This document shows, in pieces, positions 1 through 9,507 of a stretch of 64,000 bases of DNA. The stretch is from an uncultured delta proteobacterium (GTDB lineage: Bacteria > Desulfobacterota > Binatia > Binatales > Binataceae). The position numbers and the translations under genes are program-made. The notes under the pieces are model-generated. The model worked only from the letters and a program-made list of their open reading frames with translations, made no database searches and was not told the DNA's origin. The stretch's first letter is position 1; each line of letters opens with the position of its first letter. The stretch spans positions 128,001 through 192,000 of the forward strand of contig CAWCDG010000005.1 in assembly GCA_963794325.1 (NCBI GenBank), in the 5' to 3' direction.

Positions 1-1599
1 GTAGACCGGCTGGCCGGGGACGACATTTGCACATTGAGGACTCGCCAGATCGGGTGCGGCAACGCCGTAGTAGTATGAAAGCTCGTAGTTGATACCACTC
101 GGAACGCATAGCTGATGGCCGTGGACGTAATCCGCAACTATCGGGGACAGCGGCTTCATGCTGCGCATAGTGGCAACGTAGGGCCTCAGCACCGCTGTCC
201 AGCAGAAACTTCCGAAGAGCGCCAGGACACCAAACGTAACGCCCATATTAAATGTAACGCCGCCCCTGACAATCGTGCGCCGCGGAAAAACTTTCGAGAA
301 TATCGCGAACCCAACCCATAACATCCAGGCGACCAGGAGTCCGACGGCATGCTTCTGAAAGATTTCACGGAAGGCCGCGTAATACGCCGAGTCGCTCGAC
401 TGAAGATTCAAATGAGGCGCAAAGCCGGGAAAGAGGACCAGGAAAACAAGACCTGCCAATGGGACCAGCAGGAATATCCAGACGATCGCGTCGCGCAACT
501 TCGCAGCGACGCCGCGGGCGCTCAGCGTGAACGCCGATGCGCACAGGATTGCGATCCCCGGTAGCGCCGGCAGGATGTAATCGTCGCGCTTGACGCTCGC
601 GATCGAGAAAAAGAGCAGCACTGCGAGCGACATGCTGACCTGGTAGATCACTGCGCGGCGCTTTTCCGGGGAAATCTCGCCGGTGTAGAAGGCGAGCGCG
701 GCGGGCAAGATCAGTAGCGTCATCGGGAAACTGCCGCCTAGCAATCGCGCGGCTATATAGTAGAAGGGCCGATAACTCTCGCCGGTGCCGCCGAGCTTGG
801 CCGGCATGAAATGTCCGAAATTCTCGGCGAAGATTATCCGGATGATCTTGTGCCCGCCGACGATCGCGGCAGGTACGTACCAGACCGCGCCAATCGCGAT
901 CGCAATCGCGACGACCTGCCACGGCCATCGTTGTCGCAGAAGTGCGAATGGATTGCGGCGCTCGATCAGCAGAGAAATCGAGACGGCGAGCGCGCACAGC
1001 ACGATCGCAACCGGGCCCTTGGTGAGAATCGCGAGACCGAGCATCACGCCGACGAATATTCGCTTTTGCTGTCGCGAAGAGCCGGGCGATTCCAGCGTGT
1101 CGAGCATCGGATAGATCGCCGAGTACGCGGCGAACAGCAGGAAGGTCAGCAGCATGTCGGTCAACGCTTCGGTCGCGCGCGACGCGAATCCGTAGGTGCC
1201 GAGTAAAAACAGAAACGCGAGCAATCCTTCTGACGAGCCGACGTTCGCCGCAGTCCACGCGAGGACGGTTACTGCGAGCGCGGTGCCCGCCACGACGGAT
1301 ACGGCGCGCGCGCGAACTTCGTCGACGGTGCGGCCGGTGGATTCCGCCACGATCGCGGAGAGCCAATAGAATAGCGGCGGTTTGCGATCGGTGTAGCCGT
1401 ACGCGTCGTGCGGTATCAGCCAGTGGCCGTCGCGCACGATGCTCTGAATCCATTCGGCGGATTGCGGCTCGGCGTCCTTCTGAAACGGCGCGCTGATTCC
1501 CTGCGCGAGCACGATGAACGCGAACAGCGCGGCGATCGCGAGAGTTGTGGGCCTAGAAATCGTGCGACTCGCGGCTATGTCGTCGCGCGCCAGAATCAC
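1..1599 (-). CDS. ArnT/PMT-like (GT83/GT39) membrane glycosyltransferase, 3' end runs off the window
   Basis: Manual translation of the minus strand from GTG at 1599 (overlapping the upstream TGA): ...DAEPQSAEWIQSIVRDGHWLIP...RKPPLFYWL...LTDMLLTF...LAILTKGPVAIV; KPPL and TKGP are ArnT-family motifs. Absent from the ORF track because there is no stop in the window. Confidence 0.85.
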   Translation of the reverse strand, partial: MILARDDIAASRTISRPTTLAIAALFAFIVLAQGISAPFQKDAEPQSAEWIQSIVRDGHWLIPHDAYGYTDRKPPLFYWLSAIVAESTGRTVDEVRARAVSVVAGTALAVTVLAWTAANVGSSEGLLAFLFLLGTYGFASRATEALTDMLLTFLLFAAYSAIYPMLDTLESPGSSRQQKRIFVGVMLGLAILTKGPVAIVLCALAVSISLLIERRNPFALLRQRWPWQVVAIAIAIGAVWYVPAAIVGGHKIIRIIFAENFGHFMPAKLGGTGESYRPFYYIAARLLGGSFPMTLLILPAALAFYTGEISPEKRRAVIYQVSMSLAVLLFFSIASVKRDDYILPALPGIAILCASAFTLSARGVAAKLRDAIVWIFLLVPLAGLVFLVLFPGFAPHLNLQSSDSAYYAAFREIFQKHAVGLLVAWMLWVGFAIFSKVFPRRTIVRGGVTFNMGVTFGVLALFGSFCWTAVLRPYVATMRSMKPLSPIVADYVHGHQLCVPSGINYELSYYYGVAAPDLASPQCANVVPGQPVY

Positions 1600-2603
1600 G
1601 GACGGCGGGCCGTCGCGATTGGATCGAGCCACAGATGCTGCACGCCGCCGACGGGATCGTAGCGCGCCACCTGCATCGAGGCGGCGTTGTGCGCGTAACC
1701 GATCCGGCCGCGCCGGTCGATCAGAATTACACCGGCCTCCGCGCCGGTCGCGTCGATCATATCGAGGATCGCTTCGCGCGCGACTTCCTTGGGCGCGGCG
1801 TCGGAAAGCGCCAACACTGCTTCACGGCAGAGCGCGGTCAGGATAATCGCCTCGCCCTGGCCGGTCGCCGACGCGGCGCCGAATGCGTGCGCGAAAGTGC
1901 CGGCTCCGATCAGCGCGGAATCGCCGACACGTCCGAAAAGTTTGCCGGGGACGCCGCCGGTCGAGGTCGCAGCCGCAATCGCGCCATGCACATCGACCGC
2001 GGCCGCGCCTACCGTGCCGTGGCCCATCGCGGCGCGCGCGGCGGCCCCGGCCTCGAGTATCCCGGCCTGCTCCTTCCGCACGCGCCATCGATCGCGCGCG
2101 CGATCGGTCACCATTTCCTCGGGACGCACGAGCCGGATACCGACCTTGCGCGCGAAATTCTCGGCGCCGGGCCCCGCCATCAGGATGTGCGGCGAATGTT
2201 CCATCACGGCGCGCGCGAGCATGATTGGATTTCGCACGCGGCTGACGGCCGCGACCGCGCCGGCCGAGACGCTGTAGTCGGCATCGTGAGAATGAGAGCG
2301 TTTGCCGCGAGGTGTGGAGTCTGAAGGAACGGGCTCGGCGTACATCACGGAGGCGTCCATCTCGACGTTGCCTTCGGAGTTGAGCAGCGAGCCGTAGCCG
2401 GCATTGAAGAGCGGATGATCTTCGAGGGCCGCGACGGTCGCGACCACAGCCTCGAGCGCACTGCCCTTGGCGCGCAGAATTTCCGCGCCGAGGCGTATCG
2501 CCGCCATCATCGCGCGGCGTCGCTCCGGGCGCTCGATCCCGGGCCCCGCGTTACCGGCGCCGCCGTGCGCAACGAGTGCAGAACGATTGCGCGCGCGAGC
2601 CAT
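1596..2603 (-). CDS. Isoaspartyl peptidase/L-asparaginase (Ntn hydrolase)
   Basis: HGGAG, LEDHPLFNAGYGS, EMDASVM, GTVGA nucleophile Thr, TSTGG, GRVGDS, TGQGE motifs. Confidence 0.92.
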   Translation of the reverse strand: MARARNRSALVAHGGAGNAGPGIERPERRRAMMAAIRLGAEILRAKGSALEAVVATVAALEDHPLFNAGYGSLLNSEGNVEMDASVMYAEPVPSDSTPRGKRSHSHDADYSVSAGAVAAVSRVRNPIMLARAVMEHSPHILMAGPGAENFARKVGIRLVRPEEMVTDRARDRWRVRKEQAGILEAGAAARAAMGHGTVGAAAVDVHGAIAAATSTGGVPGKLFGRVGDSALIGAGTFAHAFGAASATGQGEAIILTALCREAVLALSDAAPKEVAREAILDMIDATGAEAGVILIDRRGRIGYAHNAASMQVARYDPVGGVQHLWLDPIATARRP

Positions 2604-2604
2604 C

Positions 2605-3402
2605 TTACGGTCCGGGACGGCGGCCCCAGATAAACAGCCGCTTGAAGTCGAACGTCATCGAGCCGGAAGTACGGTAAGCCGCGTTGAGCCGAGTCGTCAG
2701 TTGGTCGAGAAATTCTGTGTGACGATCTTTCGGCAGCGCGTCGAGGAAGGGACGCAGGCCGGTCGAGCGGTACCATTGAACGACATCGGCGGGCCGATCC
2801 ATCGGATGGTGAAACGTCAGGTGATAGCAGTCGATTCGATCGAAGCCGAGCTGCGCGAGCATCGCGGCATAAAATTCCGGCGGCTCTTCATGAAACGCAC
2901 GGTCGCGCCCGCGGAGCATCGTACTCCATGGCGCCTCGCGCGCGAGCCGTCCGATTTCCATCTTCGCGGTTTCGGTTTCGTTGGCGGGCATCTGGACGAC
3001 GATCGTTCCGCTGGGCTGGAGCGCGTCGAAGCATGCGGCGAACAGCGCGCGATGGTCGGGAATCCACTGAAAGGTGGCGTTGGAGAATATCAACGAGTAT
3101 GTACGGTCGGCGCGGAACTCGGCAGCGTTGAGAATCTCGAATGAGACGCGGCGCTTGAGCTCGGCAGGTTCAGCGTCGAGCAGCTCGCGCGCCGCTTCGA
3201 TCATCGCGGGGGAGCCGTCGACGCCGAGCGCGGACCCACGCGGACTGCGGCGCGCCAGTTCGAGCGTATTCTCGCCGGAGCCGCATCCGAGATCGATGAT
3301 TTTCTCGTCATCGGTAAGTTGCAGTCGCGAGAGAATATGCGCGGCGGGTTCCGCGCGGTAACGTCGAAAGCGGTTGTAGAGTTCAGGATCCCAATCAGCC
3401 AT
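2605..3402 (-). CDS. tam: Trans-aconitate 2-methyltransferase-like SAM methyltransferase
   Basis: WDPELY N-terminus, DLGCGSG SAM motif, FSNATFQWIPDH, STGLRPFL. Confidence 0.8.
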   Translation of the reverse strand: MADWDPELYNRFRRYRAEPAAHILSRLQLTDDEKIIDLGCGSGENTLELARRSPRGSALGVDGSPAMIEAARELLDAEPAELKRRVSFEILNAAEFRADRTYSLIFSNATFQWIPDHRALFAACFDALQPSGTIVVQMPANETETAKMEIGRLAREAPWSTMLRGRDRAFHEEPPEFYAAMLAQLGFDRIDCYHLTFHHPMDRPADVVQWYRSTGLRPFLDALPKDRHTEFLDQLTTRLNAAYRTSGSMTFDFKRLFIWGRRPGP

Positions 3403-3535
3403 GAGCGTCGCCCTGCATCGCAGCATAAGTGGCGAATGAAACGCTCACAAGCACGACAGCCGTTGTCATTTCGGGTTGATAGATTATTCGGTTCGGTCGG
3501 CGAAATTTCTTGATCATAGCGGAGGGTCAATTTCT

Positions 3536-3748
3536 ATGGCCAAAAAGACTTTGCGCAACATTGGACGGATGCATCGCGTGAAATGCGACTGGTGCGGGCT
3601 TATGATGGCGTGTAGCTGCTTTTTTGATGCGCTCGTAGATAAACCGTCCGAAGGACATCCTATGGTTCTTTGTCCTCGATGCCAGGTCGGCGAGTTCCTC
3701 AACCTGCTGCATGGACGTGCTCAAAATGCGCGTGGTTCACAAGTCTGA
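3536..3748 (+). CDS. Small Cys-rich putative zinc-finger protein (70 aa)
   Basis: GGAGG upstream of ATG 3536; CDWC...CSC...CPRC; stop 15 bp before the AAA gene. Confidence 0.6.
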   Translation: MAKKTLRNIGRMHRVKCDWCGLMMACSCFFDALVDKPSEGHPMVLCPRCQVGEFLNLLHGRAQNARGSQV

Positions 3749-3763
3749 AGAAGGGAGATCCGC

Positions 3764-4903
3764 ATGATTGAAGAAACCAAATCGTATCCGGCAGACACCG
3801 TGGCGTGGCATCTGGAGGCCGACGATCAGCACGGGCTGCCGACGGCGGTGTTTCAGTCGATGGTGTGCGCGAGCGGGATGAAGGTGGTCCGAAGAATCGA
3901 CTTCGATGCGAGCGACGGAAAGTTGCAGCCCGATTCGATCAAGGGCGAGCGCGTCTTGTGGTCCGAATACCTGGAATTTCGATCGCTCGTGGTTCGCGAC
4001 AACGAAGCCGGCGCAATCGTGATGGCCAGCCAGGGATACGGGAGCTTCGACGTGTCGATCGCGGCGTCGGACCTCGCGGTGACGGACAAGATAGTCGAGG
4101 ATTTGCGAAAGGCGTTTCCGCCGTCTCCGATTGGGACCGAGCCGGTGTTACCACTCGCGTTTTGGCATCACGGGAGTTCCGGGCCGATGAGGACTGTTCG
4201 CAAAATCGAGGTGACCGACTGGAGCGAAATCGAAAAGAACTATAGCGGTGGGACCAAGTCGAAGCTCGGACCCCTCGTCCAGGATTTCAAACCGTCGCGT
4301 CACAGCGGCCAACTGCTGCTGTGGCATGGCGAACCGGGCACCGGAAAGACCTGGGCGATTCGCGCGTTGGCGTGGGCATGGAAAAGCTGGTGCCGTTTCG
4401 AATACGTGATCGATCCCGAACAGTTGCTGGAGCGCGGCGACTACTTGATGGAGGTGCTGCTGGAGCGCGCGCATCGGCATTCGCCGGAAGTTTCGGTTTC
4501 GTTGGACTATCAAGAGCCGGCAGAGCCTGAAAAGTGGCGGTTGCTGATTCTCGAGGACAGCGGCGAAATGATGCGGGTAGACGCGAAAAAGTCTCTCGGA
4601 CAAGGCCTGTCGAGACTGCTGAACATTTCCGACGGGATCCTCGGGCAAGGAACCAGAACGATGATCCTGATCACCACCAACGAAGAGCTGGGCAAGTTGA
4701 ATAGCGCGATCACGCGGCCGGGGAGATGCTTTTCAGAGATCAGTTTCGAGCGCCTCAATGTCGAAGAGGCAAATGCCTGGATGCGCGCCAGCGGATGCGC
4801 CAGTCGAGTGGACCGCGCGTGCAACCTGTCGGAGCTGTATGCGATCGCAAATGGGCTGAGTCACGAAGAGCCGGCGCGAAAAATCGGTTTTCGCACACAC
4901 TGA
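3764..4903 (+). CDS. AAA+ ATPase (BCS1-like / DUF5925-type)
   Basis: Walker A GEPGTGKT, Walker B LLILED, sensor ITTN, arginine finger RPGRC, C-terminal KIGF. Confidence 0.85.
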   Translation: MIEETKSYPADTVAWHLEADDQHGLPTAVFQSMVCASGMKVVRRIDFDASDGKLQPDSIKGERVLWSEYLEFRSLVVRDNEAGAIVMASQGYGSFDVSIAASDLAVTDKIVEDLRKAFPPSPIGTEPVLPLAFWHHGSSGPMRTVRKIEVTDWSEIEKNYSGGTKSKLGPLVQDFKPSRHSGQLLLWHGEPGTGKTWAIRALAWAWKSWCRFEYVIDPEQLLERGDYLMEVLLERAHRHSPEVSVSLDYQEPAEPEKWRLLILEDSGEMMRVDAKKSLGQGLSRLLNISDGILGQGTRTMILITTNEELGKLNSAITRPGRCFSEISFERLNVEEANAWMRASGCASRVDRACNLSELYAIANGLSHEEPARKIGFRTH

Positions 4904-4968
4904 ACGCTGACGCCAATAATCTTGCGAACGCTTGCGGTGGCGTGTGCAATCGTGCACAAGCATAGCGG

Positions 4969-5970
4969 ATGAATGATCCCGCCGAATCTCAGCCGGTGAC
5001 GCCGGAGCGCAAGCCGCGCCGTATTTTCGGTATCGGCGCAATCCTGCTGAGCATCCCGATTATTCTCTGGATGGGAGCGGCGTTCTTCGTCGCGCGCTCA
5101 TTGATGTACCCGGAGTTCATCCGGCGCGGCGGACAGGACGTTTTCGGACAACATGTTCCGGCCTTCCAGCGAGGTTCGGTAACCGACATCGGGAAGGCGC
5201 TCGGCATCGAGCCGGAGCGATTGGATTGCGGGGTGGTCGAAGAGGACGGTATCCGTCGTCGCCAGGTCAGCGTGGTCGGATGGTATTTCCCGGGCAAGCG
5301 GCGCGAGGTGGTGGTGATTCTGCCCGCGGCAGGAGCGCCAGAGACGGCGATAATTCCGTACGCCAAGTTTCTGCTGGAAGCCGGCTACACCGTGGTCGAG
5401 GCTTACAGCAGCAACAATCCGAGCTACGGGATCAATTGGGGAATGCTCAAGCGCAAATTCGCGCTGGCGACCGCACGCACCCTGAGCAACGACGGCTTCA
5501 AGAAAATCGCGGCGCTAGGAATTGCAGAAGGTGCCGCCGGCGCGATCATGGCGCAAGCCGAACAGCCGGTGTTCAAGGCGGTCGTCGCCGATAGCTCCTA
5601 CGCGAACCTCGAGCAGCTGTTCATGCGGAGCCCGTCGATGACGCGGCTGAATCCCGCCTTCGTCAGAACGGTGATGTGGGAAGCTCGGCTGTGGTTCGGC
5701 CGGCCGCTGGGAAAAATCTCGCCCGAGAATGACGCCGCCAACCTGGGTTGTCCGCTGCTCATCATCCAGAATCGCGACGACCAGGTGACGCCCCTGGCGG
5801 ACGGCAAGGCGCTATTCGACGCCGCGCGCTACAACGCGCAGATGTGGACGGTACCATCGGGCGGTCATGGCGACGCGATCTACGAGGATCCCAAGGGATA
5901 CGCCGCGCAGGTTGTCAATTTCCTCGACGCGAATTTCGCGATCGAACGGCCAAAGCCGCCCGGGCACTGA
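4969..5970 (+). CDS. Membrane-anchored alpha/beta hydrolase-fold protein with degenerate nucleophile
   Basis: N-terminal TM helix, GWYFPG, VADSSYA, PLLIIQNRDDQVTP, GGHG; elbow reads GIAEG rather than GxSxG. Confidence 0.75.
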   Translation: MNDPAESQPVTPERKPRRIFGIGAILLSIPIILWMGAAFFVARSLMYPEFIRRGGQDVFGQHVPAFQRGSVTDIGKALGIEPERLDCGVVEEDGIRRRQVSVVGWYFPGKRREVVVILPAAGAPETAIIPYAKFLLEAGYTVVEAYSSNNPSYGINWGMLKRKFALATARTLSNDGFKKIAALGIAEGAAGAIMAQAEQPVFKAVVADSSYANLEQLFMRSPSMTRLNPAFVRTVMWEARLWFGRPLGKISPENDAANLGCPLLIIQNRDDQVTPLADGKALFDAARYNAQMWTVPSGGHGDAIYEDPKGYAAQVVNFLDANFAIERPKPPGH

Positions 5971-5976
5971 GCGCGG

Positions 5977-6030
5977 AACCTAACCCCTATCCCCTTCCCA
6001 TAGTGGGAAGGGGAATCGGAGGTTTAGGTT
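5977..6030 (+). repeat. REP-like palindrome, family A (AACCTAACCCCTAa-CCCCTTCCC-n-GGGAAGGGG)
   Basis: Hairpin between convergent genes; related copies near 18530, 24524, 25706, 44764. Confidence 0.8.
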
Positions 6031-6043
6031 TTTCGCTTGAGCG

Positions 6044-6937
6044 CTACATGCGCGGCTGACTTAGATCTACCAGCAGCGTGTTCTTTAGGCGCTCGAAAAG
6101 TTCGTCGATGTTCCAGGGGCCGTTGTTGTAGAGAACTTTGTCGGGCGTGATGTGGCGATAGCGCATAAGGCGGTAGCCCGACGCGCCGAAGCATTGGCCG
6201 GTGACGTTTGCAGCGTCGTCGCTGGCGAGGAACACCACGATCGGCGCGACGTTGGCAGGATCGCGCGGCGTGCCTTCGACCTTGTCGGACTGCGCGATTC
6301 CGGTCGCACCGGGCATCCGGCCCGCGGGAATCGTGTCGGTCATGCGGGTCGATGCGCCCGGCATGATCGCATTCACGGTGATTCCATATTTGTGCAGCGA
6401 GTTCGCGCTCGAATACGTCAGCCCCAGGATTCCCGCCTTGGCCGCCGCGTAGTTCGGCTGTCCCGGACTGCCGAGCGCCGAGTTCGACGAGAAGTTGATA
6501 ATCCGGCCGTACTTGCGCTCGCGCATATGCGCCGACGCCGGTTTGATCGTGCAGTAGTGCCCCTTCAGGTGCACCCGGATCACGTCGTCCCATTCCTGTT
6601 CGGTCATGTTGAAGATCATGCGGTCGCGCAGGATGCCCGCGACGTTCACCAGGATATCCAGCTTGCCGAATTCCTTGATCGCCTGGTTGACGAGACCTTC
6701 ACCGCCTTCGACGGTAGCGATATCCATGTGATTGGAAACCGCGTTGCCGCCCGCGGCTTTGATTTCTTTGGCGACGTCATCGGCGGGCGACTGAGTTTCT
6801 TTCTGTCCCGCGACCGTGACGCCAAGATCGTTGACTACCACTGCGCATCCCTGCGTGGCGAATGCCCTCGCGATGCCGCGGCCGATACCGCGGCCACCGC
6901 CGGTGATGGCGGCTACTTTTCCGTCGAGCTTGCCCAT
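6044..6937 (-). CDS. SDR family oxidoreductase (MFE-2/3-hydroxyacyl-CoA dehydrogenase-like)
   Basis: TGGGRGIG, VVNDLG, AGILRDR, NYAAAK. Confidence 0.92.
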   Translation of the reverse strand: MGKLDGKVAAITGGGRGIGRGIARAFATQGCAVVVNDLGVTVAGQKETQSPADDVAKEIKAAGGNAVSNHMDIATVEGGEGLVNQAIKEFGKLDILVNVAGILRDRMIFNMTEQEWDDVIRVHLKGHYCTIKPASAHMRERKYGRIINFSSNSALGSPGQPNYAAAKAGILGLTYSSANSLHKYGITVNAIMPGASTRMTDTIPAGRMPGATGIAQSDKVEGTPRDPANVAPIVVFLASDDAANVTGQCFGASGYRLMRYRHITPDKVLYNNGPWNIDELFERLKNTLLVDLSQPRM

Positions 6938-7054
6938 CGATCAAATCTCCCTTGCGGCATGATGCCGGAATCCGAACGCGCACAGCGTTTCGGTTCATGT
7001 GATAGTGCGCTTATACCGCAAAACTCGGCGAACGGAACAGACGCGCGCGGAGAG

Positions 7055-7082
7055 GGCGGGCACGGCGGCGCGCCCCACCCTA
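7055..7082. repeat. REP-like palindrome, family C (single arm)
   Basis: GGCGGGCACGGCGGCGCGCCCCAC, near-identical to the arm at 49140-49163. Confidence 0.6.
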
Positions 7083-8144
7083 CTTACCAACGTGCTCGCT
7101 GTATGGATTCGAAAAAACGAATTCCCTGACATCGCCCGACGTACTGAGCCGCCCGACCTTGCCATTGGGCTCGGTGAACCACAGCGTGCCGTCGGGAGCG
7201 GCGGTGATGAAAGTCGCCATCGAGTTTGGCGGCATCGGGAACGCGGTAAATTCGCCATTCGGCGTCAGGCGATAGATCACATGCGCACGAATCACGGTCA
7301 CCCATAGATTTTTGTCGGTGCCCGATGCAATTCCGAGTGGCACGCCGGCCGTCGGCAGCGAGAACTCGGACACGAACCCGTCGGGTGTGATTCGGCCCAC
7401 CTTGTCTGACTGCGGCTGTGTGAACCACACACTCCCGTCAGGGCCGAGCACCATCATCGCCGGGCGCGTGCCAGGCGCCAGAATTTGGAATTCCTTGACC
7501 TTGCCCGACGCTGTCACCTTCGCGATTCGATTGACGTTATCCTCGGCGACCCACAGGTTACCGTCGCTGCCGGTGACCAGTTCGGCGGGACCGGTGCCCT
7601 TCGGCAGATCGATCTCGGTCAAAGTGCCGGTCGTGCTGAGCCGGCCGATGCGATTTCCCGAATGCTCGGTGAACCATAAGTTGCCGTCAGCGCCCGCGGT
7701 GATTCCGGCCGGCCCGCTATCTGAATGCGGCAATTTGACGTACGCGATTTTTCCGTCCGGTGCGACGCGGCCGATCCGGTTGCCGACGGTGTCCGTGAAC
7801 CAGACTGCGCCGTCGGGCCCTGCGGTAATTCGTTCGGCGAATCCGTCGGGATCGATCGGAAAGCGCTTGGTGGCGCCGTATGGAGTCATCCGCCCGATGC
7901 CGTCGCCCTGGTATTCGGTAAACCACAGATTGCCGTCGAGGCCCGCCGTGATTGCGTACGGCGCATGCGTACCGAGCGGCGCGCCGGTGGGAGTCGGTGT
8001 CGCGCTCGGAGTTGCCGCGGCAACCACTGGCGCCTGCTTCGCAGGCGAGGTTGGTCGTTTCGATGTCGCGCATCCATCGACGATCGCGATCGCGCAGATC
8101 AGAACAGCGAATAACAGTGCTCGGCAGATCGACCGATGGCTCAA
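7080..8144 (-). CDS. Virginiamycin B lyase (Vgb)-like beta-propeller lipoprotein
   Basis: Repeated ITAGPDGxxWFTE...RIGR units; hydrophobic signal ending VDGC; TTG start overlaps the upstream stop. Confidence 0.82.
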   Translation of the reverse strand: MSHRSICRALLFAVLICAIAIVDGCATSKRPTSPAKQAPVVAAATPSATPTPTGAPLGTHAPYAITAGLDGNLWFTEYQGDGIGRMTPYGATKRFPIDPDGFAERITAGPDGAVWFTDTVGNRIGRVAPDGKIAYVKLPHSDSGPAGITAGADGNLWFTEHSGNRIGRLSTTGTLTEIDLPKGTGPAELVTGSDGNLWVAEDNVNRIAKVTASGKVKEFQILAPGTRPAMMVLGPDGSVWFTQPQSDKVGRITPDGFVSEFSLPTAGVPLGIASGTDKNLWVTVIRAHVIYRLTPNGEFTAFPMPPNSMATFITAAPDGTLWFTEPNGKVGRLSTSGDVREFVFSNPYSEHVGK

Positions 8145-9298
8145 TTGACGATCCGATTTGCTCTCAATTCGGAAATCTCGCGAGCGTCGAATCCGAACTC
8201 GCCGAGAATTTCGTCGGTGTGCTGCCCGAGGTCCGGCGGATGCCGCCACAACTCGGGCTCGGTGCGCGAGAATCGCGCGGGCGATCGCACGGCGCGCACG
8301 CGTCCGGCCCTGGGATGCTCGTACTCGAAGAACGTCTCATTCGCGACGAACTGCGGATCGGTCCAAATCGAGTCGTAGTCGTTGACCGGGCCGCATGGAA
8401 CGTCGGCGGCTTCGATGCGCTCGAGCCAGTATGCTGACGGCTGGGTCGGGAACAACGTGATCAGGCTCTTGATCGAACGCCGCACGCGGTCGGGCCGCGG
8501 CTCGTCGCCTTCGAACCATTCCGGATGGCCGACCGCGTTGAGAATCGCGGTCCAATGTTTGTCAGTGAGCGGCGCAATCGTAATGAAGCCGTCGGCGGTC
8601 TGAAACGGCTCGAGCGTATTCATCGATGGCGCGACTCCCGCATCGTGCGGAAGGTAAGTGTGGCGCGACGCAGTGTCGGGCATCAGGTAGTAAGCGACCG
8701 CGTCGATCATCGCGATCTGGAGATGCTGCCCTTTGCCGCTGCGCTGTGCCTCGTTGAGCGCCGCGAGAATCGAAATCGCCGCCGTCATCGCGGTGACCTT
8801 GTCGCCGAGAATATTCTTGACCGCGCGCGGGCGCCCCTGCGTGCGCTGCGAAGTCATCACTCCCGCCATCCCCTGGATAATCGGATCGTAAGCAGGCTTG
8901 TTCACCGACGGCCCCGAGAAACCGTAGCCGGCGATCGAGCAGTAAACAATTTTGGGATTGCGCGCCGCGACCGTTTCGTAGCCAACACCCAGGCGATCCA
9001 CGACGCCGGGGCGTACGTTCTGCACGACAACGTCGGAGCGCTCCGCCATCTTGAGGAAAACCTCGGCGGCGCCGGCTTGCTTGAGATCGAGCATCATCGC
9101 GCGCTTGTTGCGATTCCAGTTGAGGATCGCGACGGTAACGCCACCGCGCTCCTTGCCGGAGAGCATTCGCGAAACGTCGCCGTCGGGCGGCTCGATTTTG
9201 ATTACGTCGGCGCCGAGGTCGCCGAGCATCATGGTGCAGAACGGTCCCGACACCACCATGCTCAAATCGAGTACGCGAATTCCTTCAAGCGGTCCCAT
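8141..9298 (-). CDS. CaiB/BaiF family III CoA-transferase
   Basis: PLEGIRVLDLS, LGADVIKIEPP, NRNKR, AYDPIIQ, PPDLGQHT. Confidence 0.93.
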   Translation of the reverse strand: MGPLEGIRVLDLSMVVSGPFCTMMLGDLGADVIKIEPPDGDVSRMLSGKERGGVTVAILNWNRNKRAMMLDLKQAGAAEVFLKMAERSDVVVQNVRPGVVDRLGVGYETVAARNPKIVYCSIAGYGFSGPSVNKPAYDPIIQGMAGVMTSQRTQGRPRAVKNILGDKVTAMTAAISILAALNEAQRSGKGQHLQIAMIDAVAYYLMPDTASRHTYLPHDAGVAPSMNTLEPFQTADGFITIAPLTDKHWTAILNAVGHPEWFEGDEPRPDRVRRSIKSLITLFPTQPSAYWLERIEAADVPCGPVNDYDSIWTDPQFVANETFFEYEHPRAGRVRAVRSPARFSRTEPELWRHPPDLGQHTDEILGEFGFDAREISELRANRIVN

Positions 9299-9407
9299 CG
9301 ATGCCTCCGAAGTTGCTTATATAGTTCAACCCCATCCACCCGACAACTTGACCATGAACTGCCTCTCTCGCAGGGAGAGGCATTTCTTCCCTTACCAACT
9401 TCCTGAC

Positions 9408-9505
9408 AGGGACGAAGTCCCGCATCATTTTTAATACCGGGTGCAGGGGTCACCCCTGCCGAAGGAAGCATGAAACCCACCGCGGGTTTCATTTAAATCA
9501 AGTTC
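9408..9505 (+). repeat. About 100-bp multi-hairpin repeat, family B
   Basis: GGGACGAAGTCCC...GGGTGCAGGGGTCACCCCTGCC...GAAACCCACCGCGGGTTTCA...AATCAAG; related copies at 20360, 21558, 32701. Confidence 0.8.
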
Positions 9506-9507
9506 TC

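Noticed and set aside
365-1453. 362-aa minus-strand ORF in the track
   Set aside because: Arg-rich off-frame shadow of the real ArnT-like gene, which is in another frame and runs off the window.
7080-8144. Streptogramin resistance gene vgb
   Set aside because: The fold is shared, but this is a predicted lipoprotein of a widespread propeller family; catalytic equivalence cannot be shown from the sequence.
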